DNA of 62,787 bases, the filler included, from Corallochytrium limacisporum Hawaii (lineage: Eukaryota > Protista > Pluriformea): assembly GCA_002811645.1 (NCBI GenBank). It is 4 parts of 4 records of this genome, joined end to end, with 100 filler letters (N's around TTAATTAATTAA, not from the genome) between each part and the next. Parts side by side here need not be neighbours in the genome. Positions count along the whole stretch, not along the records: positions 38,683 to 52,206 come from PDIP01000039.1; 3 more parts are not named here. The stretch is one strand, 5' to 3'. Made by a program: the position numbers and the translations under genes. This document shows, piece after piece, positions 41,752 to 52,306 of this stretch (its first letter is position 1; each line of letters begins with the position of its first letter). The notes beneath the pieces were generated by a model. That model saw only the letters and a list, made by a program, of their open reading frames with translations, did no database searches and had not been told where the DNA came from.

Positions 41752-42627
41752 ATGTCACAGTGTGACCAAAGCCAATTCACAGCATGGGGACACATATTGG
41801 AGGAAGACCCTCAGAGGAACAACCCCTGGCGCGATGCCTTCGACACGCAGGCAGATACACAACTTACTGCGATGTCACAGCAGTCATTTGCAACGCAGGA
41901 AGGATCCCATGTCCAGAGCCAATCTCAGCGACTCGATGGTACCTATAATCAATACTCCAACCCCAATTCGACTGCGACAATGCGGAGTATCCCGGACCGC
42001 AGCAGAAAGCAACCAGTCGTTCTGAAGCATCGTCCTGTGCGATCACTAAACAACACTGTGAGCAGTGCTCAGAATGAGACACAGTACGTCTCCTTGCTCA
42101 GCACCATCCTTGCAAAGATCCGTGAGATCAATGAGACAATGCTATCTATTCGCAATGGTGTTGCTAGAGAATTGGGTACTGTATCCAGGGCGGCCGATGA
42201 GTTTCAGAATCGACAAACTTCCATGGAGCAGATCAACACTGTCTTACGTGACATTAAAGGATCCGTCGAGTTGATGTTACAAAAATCCACAACGACCAAT
42301 CTGGAGCAAGAAGATCACTTTCTTACCCTGGACCGCAAAATTGATTCGAACTACAACTCTGTAATGGGTGGGTTACAATGCGTCATGGAGGGCATGGCGA
42401 CGCTAACATCTGCAATGAATGCCGTCAAGTTAGACCTCGAGAGCATTGACCGAAAATACAGGAACTTGGTCACTACCAGAGCTCTAACCGCTGCCACCTC
42501 GGCTCCAATTGCACAGCAGCCGCAGGGAGGCATGGATTCAGTAGTTCCAGGAATCGCGTCGAATGGACAATGTGCGACCGTCGGGCGCCGCCTTCTGAAC
42601 CCCGGCAAAGGGTTGGCAAACCGCTGA
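41752..42627 (+). CDS. SQ/TQ-cluster plus coiled-coil protein, candidate Mer2/Rec15/IHO1/PRD3-like meiotic DSB factor
   Basis: 291-aa ORF in ACCATG context; 8 SQ/TQ dipeptides in the first about 60 aa; heptad-like helical region about aa 110-240; disordered tail. The family assignment is inference. Confidence 0.7.
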   Translation: MSQCDQSQFTAWGHILEEDPQRNNPWRDAFDTQADTQLTAMSQQSFATQEGSHVQSQSQRLDGTYNQYSNPNSTATMRSIPDRSRKQPVVLKHRPVRSLNNTVSSAQNETQYVSLLSTILAKIREINETMLSIRNGVARELGTVSRAADEFQNRQTSMEQINTVLRDIKGSVELMLQKSTTTNLEQEDHFLTLDRKIDSNYNSVMGGLQCVMEGMATLTSAMNAVKLDLESIDRKYRNLVTTRALTAATSAPIAQQPQGGMDSVVPGIASNGQCATVGRRLLNPGKGLANR

Positions 42628-42772
42628 TCCCGGCGCACGATATATGTCTTTGACTATGGGCTTCATTACATTTGAAGAGTGATATGTATATGTATTATGG
42701 ATATGGATATGTTACGTAAAGGAATTTTGATACAAGGGGTTGCAGTCTCCGCTGCAGCCCCATCCTTGCCCC

Positions 42773-44590
42773 TCAGTCTTCGCAGGTCGGCGGGTTGACG
42801 TCGCCGAACACATTGTACTCCAGCAAAATAGAGAAGGTCAAGAAGATAGCATACAGACCCATTGTGCACACACCAAGACGGCGGTCCAGCTTCCATCCGA
42901 AGAATCGGATAAAGAACACTGTCATCGCCACCATAACCAGCAGCAGCAGAATTGAGTAGAAGAGACCGTCAGAGTATATGGTCACAGTGCTACCAGGGTC
43001 AACCATGCCGGTCTGGATCAGCCAAGGGATGGGCAGCCCGACCAGAATGTCAAAAATATTGGAACCGATGGAACTGCTCACAGCCATGTCACCGAAGCCC
43101 TGCTTGGCAACCGCAACGGAACTGAGCAAATCGGGGATAGAAGTACCAGCGGCCAGGAACGTCAGACCCATGACTGAGTCCGGAATTCCCAGGGTTTCGC
43201 CAATGATGCTGACCATCCAGACCAGGATATAAGTCAGGATCGCAATCCAGAGGATGGAAATAAAGAAGGTGAACCAGAAATATTTGGCATACTTCTCCTC
43301 AGCACAGTTGGGGATTGTGTAACGGAAAACCATGCGCCACGGCCAGGAAACAACGAACAGGAACCTGGACAGGCATCCTGCGTGTGGTTCCTCATTTTCT
43401 TCGTGTTCGGCATGCACTCCCTTTTCAGTGGGCTTTTGGCCTGCCTCTGCGTTGTCCAGTTCGTGCAGAGACCAATGCGCGTGCTGATTCTGCGTGGCAA
43501 GGTCCACGGGAGGAGCGAGGCCACAGTCCACCTCGCGGATCTCATCCTCGACACCAGAGAAGCGCTGACCACCGCCCTCGGAACTCACAACGCTGGGCCG
43601 GGGGTACTCTTGGGAATGAATGGCCGATACCAGCATGTGATGCATGCAGCGCCAGCGCACTCGGGCATCCTTGGTTTCCCGGAAGAGGGCCTGGTACGCC
43701 ACATGGCGGAAGCCTAGGGGAGACATGTACTGCCGACTTTGCTTCTCCGCAGCCTGGGCTTCTTCTGCATTCTGTCCTCTAATCTTGGCCAGAAGGCCAA
43801 CGACCTTGTTGTGACATGTCTCATCGAACTTCATGATCACTACGTATCCAAGGTACATGGTAAAGAGTATAAGTGCCTCCCACCACTCCACATCTCCGTC
43901 ATGGATGAGGGCAGCGAGGACCAGCAGACCGATGACGTAGACAATGCAGTCACGGAACAGAGGCCACCAGGTCAAATCAAGAGCTCCCCGTGCAAAGAAT
44001 GCACATGCACCAATGACAAATAGCACATTGAAGGTGGCACTGCCAACGATCGTACCCACACCCGTATCACTTTCGCTCACAATGACAGAGAACAGAGCGG
44101 TGAAGAACTCGGGCGCAGAACCACCGGCAGCCATGAATGTTGCACCCGCAACGTCATTGGAGAGATTAAGTTGCTCTGTGATGTGTTCCAGACTGGCAAC
44201 AAAGTAGTCGTCGACGACAATGGCGAGCGCAATAAACATGAGGAAGGCTACCACAATGTGAATAATGATCGCACCCTTGTCCTTTGCTTCCTGAGAGATC
44301 AGGTCATCTGGGAAACCTGACGCGCTAGAGGGGACACAGTCTTCTTCATCCTCGTTCTGTCTACTATATACATGATGATAGACACTAAAGTCATCATTCT
44401 TCAAGGTGTTGTCGGCCTCCGCCACAGCATGGCTGCTTGCGGGACTTGTCACGGCCAGAACACAATACCACACGAAGGCAACGGTCAGAAAGATTAGGAA
44501 AGGCATGCGACCGGCCTTGAGCTTTCGCGCGACCCGCTCACGCTGCTGTGCAGCAGTGGGCAGCGGATCCTGCCCGTAAGTACTGTTCAT
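42773..44590 (-). CDS. K+-dependent Na+/Ca2+ exchanger (NCKX/SLC24 family)
   Basis: Alpha-1 repeat DVAGATFMAAGGSAPEFFT..GVGTIVGSATFN and alpha-2 repeat MGLTFLAAGTSIPDLLSSV.VAKQGFGDMAVSSSIGSNIFDIL.GLP.PW; the Asp in NIFD is the NCKX K+-dependence residue. ATG at 44590 (track start is GTG). Confidence 0.97.
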   Translation of the reverse strand: MNSTYGQDPLPTAAQQRERVARKLKAGRMPFLIFLTVAFVWYCVLAVTSPASSHAVAEADNTLKNDDFSVYHHVYSRQNEDEEDCVPSSASGFPDDLISQEAKDKGAIIIHIVVAFLMFIALAIVVDDYFVASLEHITEQLNLSNDVAGATFMAAGGSAPEFFTALFSVIVSESDTGVGTIVGSATFNVLFVIGACAFFARGALDLTWWPLFRDCIVYVIGLLVLAALIHDGDVEWWEALILFTMYLGYVVIMKFDETCHNKVVGLLAKIRGQNAEEAQAAEKQSRQYMSPLGFRHVAYQALFRETKDARVRWRCMHHMLVSAIHSQEYPRPSVVSSEGGGQRFSGVEDEIREVDCGLAPPVDLATQNQHAHWSLHELDNAEAGQKPTEKGVHAEHEENEEPHAGCLSRFLFVVSWPWRMVFRYTIPNCAEEKYAKYFWFTFFISILWIAILTYILVWMVSIIGETLGIPDSVMGLTFLAAGTSIPDLLSSVAVAKQGFGDMAVSSSIGSNIFDILVGLPIPWLIQTGMVDPGSTVTIYSDGLFYSILLLLVMVAMTVFFIRFFGWKLDRRLGVCTMGLYAIFLTFSILLEYNVFGDVNPPTCED

Positions 44591-47500
44591 AGTTTGAGGG
44601 CCTATGGACCACCCAGTTAAAAAAAATAGTCGTTCTCTATCCACCGTTATCTGTCTATGACAGAGTTACTGGATCCTTCATAATGTCACTAGTATTCGCA
44701 CACCGTTTCTTGTTTCTCTTTCCCTGATCAAAGACCTTCGTTTGTAGAAGCTATATTTGATCACAGCTATTCCGATTTCTGTACGTTCGTAAATAGTGTC
44801 AATGCGATTAAGATTCTTATATAGCCTCAATTCCACACGTTTCGTCACACGTTAAAACTTTTTTATGTCACCGTTAATAACAAAAAGACGTAATACCGAT
44901 TATTGAATGACTACGCTTTCGTTCTATCTTCCATTTTGTTGGCTTTTTGGCTTAGTTGCGTGGCATAACACCATAGAACACAAAAACATTGTGCGAAGGG
45001 TTCGCCTTGACACACACACACACACACGCACGGCACTCCGGATCCCCACAGACCCCGCCCGTTGGCCCTTCCCCCTTCCCCAATCGCGGTAAGAGATTAT
45101 AGGTTGCCATACCCCCGTCACTGAGACCAGGACACATATCATATACTAAAACAATAATGAGTAGGAAGTAGACAAGTGTATCTTCCCCCAGGTTTTTCTT
45201 TCCCTGTGCTCTTCGGTGCTGCTGCGTATTGGAATGAGCGGAATGGGAAGACCCCCCGGGGGGGGGGGTCCACCACCACCGCNNNNNNNNNNNNNNNNNN
45301 NNNNNNNNNNNNNNNNNNNNNNNNNNNNNNNNNNNNNNNNNNNNNNNNNNNNNNNCCCCCCCCCCCCCCCCCCCCCGTCTCTCTCTCTCTCTTCCCTCGG
45401 TGCCAGTGGGAAGCCGGAAGAGTTTAGGGAACGCGATCGAATCCCGGGCCCACTGAAAAAAAAATGTATAGCTACTTTCCCGCACCGGTCAACATACAAT
45501 CGCAACACAGGCCCACGGGTGGGGTAGAGTGGGGAGCAAAAAGAAGGGGGGGAGAGAGAGTTGGGAGACTTGCTGTGCAAAACCCCAAACTCCCCAAAAA
45601 AAGAAAAAAAGAAAAAAAAGGGGAGAAAGGCAGCAAAGGACTTGCTTCCTTCCTTTCTTAAAAAGAATATCTCCGGCTTACCCTTCCCCCCCCTCCCCTC
45701 TCTCCCCATTTTGCTTTTTGTTCCTTTTAGTCTCTGCCGTCGACCATCGTAACTTTTTTTTCATTTTTTCTTTCGTTCCTTTTGTCTCCACGCTCTCTTT
45801 CTTTTGACTCGTCGCGGGAAGAGCGGGGGGAGAGTGAGTGCCTGGTGGATGAGCGTGTGTTTTTTTGTGATTTATGCTCGTACGGCACCGTTTTTTCTCT
45901 CTTTTCCTCGGTGACTTTCTATTTATTGTTCTTTTCGCGCATCTTTCGGGAGGTGTCCCGTGGGGCCTTCCTCGACGCTACTTCACGCCGTTCCGTGTCT
46001 CTCTCTCTCTCTCTCTCCCCCCCCCCCCGGGGGGGGGGGGCCATTCTCAACTCNNNNNNNNNNNNNNNNNNNNNNNNNNNNNNNNNNNNNNNNNNNNNNN
46101 NNNNNNCGTTCCGTGTCTCTCTCTCTCTCTCTCTCCCCCCCCCCCGGGGGGAGGGGGCCATTCTCAACTCCGCGGTTTTGGTTCGAACTCTTCCTGTGCC
46201 CGCGAGATTCTCTGTCGCATTTCATTCTCCATCCCAACCCAACCCCACTCCCTCCCTCCCTCTTGCCTTCTCTCTCTTGCCCAGGATCGCCGACGGGAAC
46301 ACCACGGATCGGCTAGTATTCATTGGTACTTTAAATTCCACACTTGCTAAACCAGCAGTGAAGAAGATCGCTAACGATTTGCTCTCTGTCGCAACATCTT
46401 TGAATTTTTTCTCTCTCCATCGGCGTGAACCTGTTTAACGGTGACCTCAAAGCGTCGTGGTCGTTGCCCAGCGTACTTCGGTTAAGCAGCGAGTAGATGT
46501 CAATACTCAATGAATAGGGAAACTGGCCACGGCAATGGGAATTATAGTTAACCTAGGCGGAACTCTCGCCTCGCTAGCGAAACGGCCTACCACGCGGGAT
46601 GGATGCTGCCTAACCGGGAATTTCCGGACTCGCCTCTCTACCGTTACGGATACCCATGGCGCCCTTCACACCCATAATACGCTACCATTTGTCCATTGTG
46701 TTATTACCAAATAGCGTACATTATGCGCACAATAATCTGCTCATGAGCTATCTGTCTCTAGCACAGCCTTCGCATGGGGCAGGTGCGAGAGGCTCACGAG
46801 TGTGCGGAACCCACCCCGGTTCTGGCAGAATTCCAGCGCACCAAAAAGCACCAGTACACACCCCCGCCCCGGGGCGGAGGCGAACGGAGGCGGTTGCTCG
46901 CGCTATAGTGGGGGAAGGCCGGTGCTTATTGTGTCGGGATCGACCTGCCGCAAACCGAAAACCCGCGGGAGCCACACCGACCGGAGCAGTGGCGCTGCAT
47001 CGGACGGAACACTGTGATCGCGTAGGGAGCAACCAAAGGGGGGGGGGACCATCGTAAAACAAAGGGAGGGCCAGGCCAAGTCAATACGAGAACTGGGGGC
47101 AATTGGCCTCAGTTGGGGGATCTCTCTTTCAGAACGAACCAGCCAATCTTTAAATTTTCCGACGCTTTTGAGGACACTGCAGTGTGTGTGTTATAGAGAA
47201 TGTATGAACAAGGCAAAAGAAGGAGGGGGAGGATTCCACAGCGAGGAAGTTTTCGCGCGTCTCGCTCTGCGGTGGATACTTCTGCCACAGGCACAGGGGG
47301 TGGTAGAGCAAGGAGGCGGCGGGGGGGGGGCGGGGGAGAGCGAGAATTGAAAACCCCTGCTTAGGTGCGCAAGGTGCGTGTGTATTTCAATAGATTGATA
47401 GTAACGAAATTGGAGTGGGAGATGAACACTTCAACTGGTTACTCGGTTGACCCGCCGGGCTAGGTCAGAGGGGAGGTGCTGTGCGTGTTCAGTTCATCGA

Positions 47501-47805
47501 GGCCTGGGGTAAAAAAAAAGTTGACGTTACTAACAACAATCCTATAAAACAAGTACTGCCAGAAAATCTCTCAACAACAAAGAGGAAGGAGGCACGACTC
47601 AACAAAACAACAAAAATCCAGGCGACAACGCGGAATGTGCCAACGGAAAGTATTTAAAAAAAGGCTTGTGACACGGCTTGGCAGGGAGACTCTATATGGT
47701 GTTTTAGGCTTGTCATCCCGAAAGGGTTCAAGTGCCTACCGGAGATCTAATAAAGGAAAGGTGTGGATGGGGGGGGAATGATTGGACAACGGGCCCCTAC
47801 CCTCC

Positions 47806-47808
<3 letters not shown>

Positions 47809-47844
<36 letters not shown>

Positions 47845-47858
47845 CCCTCCCTCTCTCT
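47809..47858. repeat. (CT)n microsatellite
   Basis: About 16 CT units followed by a degenerate CT-rich tail. Confidence 0.9.
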
Positions 47859-48612
47859 CGCGCGCAGTCTCTCTCCCGCGTTAAAAAAGGTGACGTCCCG
47901 ACGCGGTTACGACAGCCCGCTCGAAAGACCCGCCACAGGGGCAGTAGAAAAGATACCGGGTCCGGGTACCACCCACATCGCATCCTAAATTTGGACGGGC
48001 CTACATCAAAGTGTTACAACACAAAGCTCTGAGTCGCCAATCACTCCCAAACATCAGCGTCAAAGAAAAAAATCTTCTACTCCTTCCCCGTGAACATATA
48101 CTGAAACTATGGACAAATTGTCAGAGTTGGTAGCGATACCAATGGTGATGCGGTCGGGTCCCCTCTGACCCCTCCGCGGGCTCTCCCTAAAGTGCGTAAA
48201 TTCGGGTGGCCGAGACGGCGGGGGTGTGAGAGAGATTCTGAGCCTAGAGAACAATCGATATGCCGACGGCGGTGTGTCAAATAGTGCAGTAGGGGATATA
48301 CTGCGTACGACCTTTGACCAAAGAACAAAAAATTTCTTCACATTTTCGCGGCAGCGGGCAATGCGAAACGCATCCACGACGTAATGTGGACCTTGATGTA
48401 AAGATATCCGGAAACTTTAATTTTTACTCTATAACGTTGTTTTGTAGTATATAAGAAGTTATATTGTATACCTATTACTTAAATTGATTCTTTCGCCCTT
48501 CTGTTCGCTCAAAAAATCACCGACTTTTGGTCCGTGTTCCGTATGCCGGCCCGTTACGCGCACCACCGTCGGGTTACGATCCTTTGTGGCCGTCCGCTCT
48601 CGCTCTCCTCCA

Positions 48613-48646
48613 ACACACACACACACACACACTCTCTCTCTCTCTC
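48613..48646. repeat. Compound (AC)n(TC)n microsatellite
   Basis: acacacac... directly followed by tctctc... Confidence 0.9.
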
Positions 48647-50049
48647 TTACACCTTCCTCACCGGGAAATTGCAAAGTTCGCACACACCGCCGACACGCTG
48701 GCAGCTGCACCATCTCACTGCCTCCTTCCTTTTTGATTTTTTTTTTTGCTTTCTGATCACACAGCCTATCAAGCTCAAATTGCTGATCAACAAGATTTTT
48801 ACTTGATATTGTTTTTTCCCTGATTTCGAGAGTTGCATTCACGGCCAGTTCTGCACGTCCATAGAATGGTGCCGCTTACTATCCAACCATCAATATATTT
48901 CTCGAAATGGAATTTCCAGAATGTGGTAGATATGTTTGCTATCGCATATGGGTGCACAACTGTGCGATAAGTGTGCGCATCTCCCTTCTCGGGACACACA
49001 CTAGCACATTCTGCACAAAGCCAGCTTGAGCGGGATCACACTGATCTATCGCCTGTGACTTGTTGCACACTCGTTGTTTTACAATTTTCTACTGACGGGC
49101 ATGCTGCGTTAGCTGTTCCATGCTGCGGGTGATAGCGTATATGGCCCCGCCATCTCATCTCATCTCTTTGCTAGTTGATGGATGGAAAAAAGGGACGACT
49201 TGAAACCTCAAGCAGGTTTGCGCCGGCCAAGGCACCGTCCGCGGAACAGAACACTGAAGAAAATTGGTTTGCCAAGATTCCCCAAGTTTTGCTTTGGGGC
49301 GGTATGGAATCTATAGAGCACATACTGGAAATGGGCGAGCCAGGGGTTCAACCTATTCTCTCGTTACCCAGGTGCTCGCCTACGGATCCTGTTCACACCA
49401 CCCGAACTGAAGAGAGATACGGAGTGATCATGGATAGCGGGGTGCGATGCCAATGTAAGGAACGAATGGATCGATGCGTACGAAATGGACGCGAACGAGA
49501 AGAGATGTCGCCTCGACAACAAAACGAATGCCGAGTACAGTTCTCTGTGTACTGAACTAACCACTATCTACCACAACAACGTTGGTGTTTTACGAATGTG
49601 GTGGCACAGCAACACTTTGTTCACATGCCAGTGTCCAATATGTGCTGAGGCCAGTTTGTCATCTATAGCTCAGTACCCACACACTGGTATGTACAAGAAA
49701 CTCGCAAACTTGTCCGTTGTATATGAAACGCCAGCTCCGTAAGCAAAAATTCCATTCGCAAAACTGAAGTAAGGAACACCGACCAATCGCACGAGAGATA
49801 GGCGGTGACAGATTAACCAGGAGGGATAAATGAATGGATACGCTGGTAAGGGAACCCAGCCAACTTGTGACGTTCCCGATTCTCGATCAGCAGAATTGTT
49901 ATTGGCACACAGGGCTTGCCTTTTTGTCATTCGCCACGGTCATGCTTGACAGGCTGTATGCTTTGTTCACCATCGGTTGGCTGTTGACACTGCGTCCGAA
50001 TTTCGTCTCTAAATGGCGCATATTCTTTTCTTGGTATGCATATCACATC

Positions 50050-51260
50050 CATTACATCAGTTACTAAAGTGCCTTGTGACTGCGAAGGGCATCAGATCTA
50101 CGTTCTCACTCATCCACTCCAACAGTGTATCGTCATAATCCTTCATCTGTTTAACTCCAAACGTCATACCAAGCATCCATCTCGATGCCCACCCGAGACC
50201 ACACCTCATCGTCTTGCCGAAGAGCATCATCCTTGTCCCCAGCATCATGTTTTGCTGGCACCATGTCCAAGAAATCTGTAATCTGCTGCTGTTATTGTTC
50301 TAAGTTTAGATGTGTACCCGTCTGAGTAGATGAGATAGAGCACCACTGCCGGGGACTCCGTACTCGATCCCACCCGGCCGAAATCGAGGACCGCATGCTC
50401 CGTGGGGAGCTGTGCATGAGCCCAATGGACTCAGTATGCAGACTAACCCCCCAATTTGGCTCGACTGCTTGCAGTGCGTGTCTTGAGAGAGGTATGGGTG
50501 CGCACCAGTGTCCCGTAACCTGTGGGGGACCCCAATCTCTCCCATGGAAAAAGTATTGAGCACGATCATTCACATCTCTTGGGACGCAGAACAATTACTA
50601 TTGAATTCGATATTGTAAATCTCAAGTGAGCACATCGGAGTTATTATTTCTGTCTGTCATGAAAAGAATTTCTTCATGGGACAGCTGAGGTCGTGGTTCC
50701 CACCGGGTTCACACACTGCACCAGCATCCCATTGGTTCGACTGGCATCCTGTGGCTACCAGACAGACATCGATGTGGTGAGTCTCTTGGCATGTACGGCG
50801 ACGTCATCTGGCTCGGTTTGGGATGTCTTGTTGCTGAGCAGCCCGGCGGATAGTTGGATTCGGGACATGGATCGAGATCGAACACAACGGTGTGATGCTC
50901 TTGATTGAGACAAGGAGAGTGCTAATCTGTTATCGGACACTGCAGACTCTCCTCATCCAATGAATACGTTGGATCTGTCTGCTATGCTCCGTACCACGTT
51001 TGTGTGATGTGAATGGTACATGTTGAGGGTTTCAGGATGGTCGGGTTCGGCGGTTTTGCAATCATGGAGAGCTGGTTGAGCCCTGGAGGACACCCACTAG
51101 CCCATGTTCGGAAGCATCATGAAGTCCGCCCAGAGAGCCGTACCTCATGGTGGTAGTCATTGCCTTAAGTCTAGCTTTCCAAGCCGAAGTACGCTTGTGT
51201 TGACGTCAGGTTCACTGTGCTCCTGATCCCCATATGCTCGCGGCTGTACGAGCTCAACAT
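50050..51260 (-). mobile_element. Degenerate L1/Tx1-like LINE ORF2 relic (APE endonuclease plus RT)
   Basis: On the minus strand, in order: LG(G)DF about 51125, HPETL..Y and SIADR about 51040-50970, VSDNRL 50940 (cf. APE motifs GDFN, HP..YT, SRIDR, SDH); then MGEIGVP, CILSPL, GI......SHLL (RT); then WMLGMTFG (cf. KYLG). Confidence 0.55.
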
Positions 51261-52133
51261 TCGGCTAAGTTTCTTCTGAGCATCCAACTGATAATTTATC
51301 CAAATGTGCTTCTAGCTGTGCTTTAACACCCATCGACTTGTTTCCATCCAGGGGGTATCCAGAAATGGCATGTGCTCCACTACAGCACTTGAGGATCCAT
51401 CCCGCGCAAGTCATTGCCGGCGATTGGCGCAGCATCCCACCCTGGTTGTGTCCCGCACAGTGCTCAATCCATCCAATTTAAGAAATGTCAGTATATAAAA
51501 TGTAACCTATATAGGAGTCTATTTATTAACCGTCCCCGCTACCCCCCATGTGCGGGATGGGAGTGCCAGTGGGCTTAGCAAATGTAAAGCGAGGGAGCCA
51601 TAAGCCAATCAAGGGCTTTGCTAGTGATGGCGTATCTGCCCATACTGAGGCCATAGAGAAACGCACCCACCCACCCCGACACCAACCCCTCACCCTCGGG
51701 CGGTGAGATTCTAAATCCCGAAGGAAAGAAAAAAAAAAACCTGGGGTACCAACAAAGGCCCGCCGTCCTCCTTGGGGGAGGGGGGGTTACCGAAGGGTCA
51801 GCGCGGAAAGGAAGGAGGGGGAAGAGAGGGGGGGGGGACACACATTCTTACAACTCAGGAGCTACAGATATCATTCACTTGTGGGGCGGGACGGAATGCC
51901 CCACATTCACTACGGCAGGGCATGTCAACACCGGGGAGTCGTGAGGTGAAATTCGCAGTTCCCGCTGCAAACGCTCGGCGGACCGCCAGATGACAATCAT
52001 TTTCCGACCCAGTCTCTTGAGTACTAAAAGAGGGGCCTCGTTCCGAATAAAACTCAAATTTCCTGGGGCACGGGACGGTGTGGGGAACCGCAGGTGCGGC
52101 ACATGTCCGATCTTCCGCTATGAACGGGTACGC

Positions 52134-52170
52134 AGTACCAACCTCTGTTCAATAAAAAAGTGCACAATTT
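52134..52170 (+). mobile_element. Second copy of the putative Tc1/mariner-type terminal repeat
   Basis: 36 of 37 nt identical to 28860-28896; the contig ends about 36 nt later. Confidence 0.55.
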
Positions 52171-52206
52171 ACATTATGGTTTGAAAGCTTCGTTTGAATC
52201 GTATAA

Positions 52207-52306
52207 NNNNNNNNNNNNNNNNNNNNNNNNNNNNNNNNNNNNNNNNNNNNTTAATTAATTAANNNNNNNNNNNNNNNNNNNNNNNNNNNNNNNNNNNNNN
52301 NNNNNN
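52207..52306. other. Artificial scaffold join (N44-TTAATTAATTAA-N44)
   Basis: Linker at 52251-52262 within Ns. Confidence 0.95.

Noticed and set aside
45988-46170. Apparent 65-nt direct repeat flanking an N gap (similar cases at 27802/27922 and 37363/37429)
   Set aside because: Near-identical sequence on both sides of a gap is typical of unmerged contig overlaps.
46180-46190. B-box-like GGTTCGAACTC
   Set aside because: No cloverleaf or properly spaced A-box; an isolated match.
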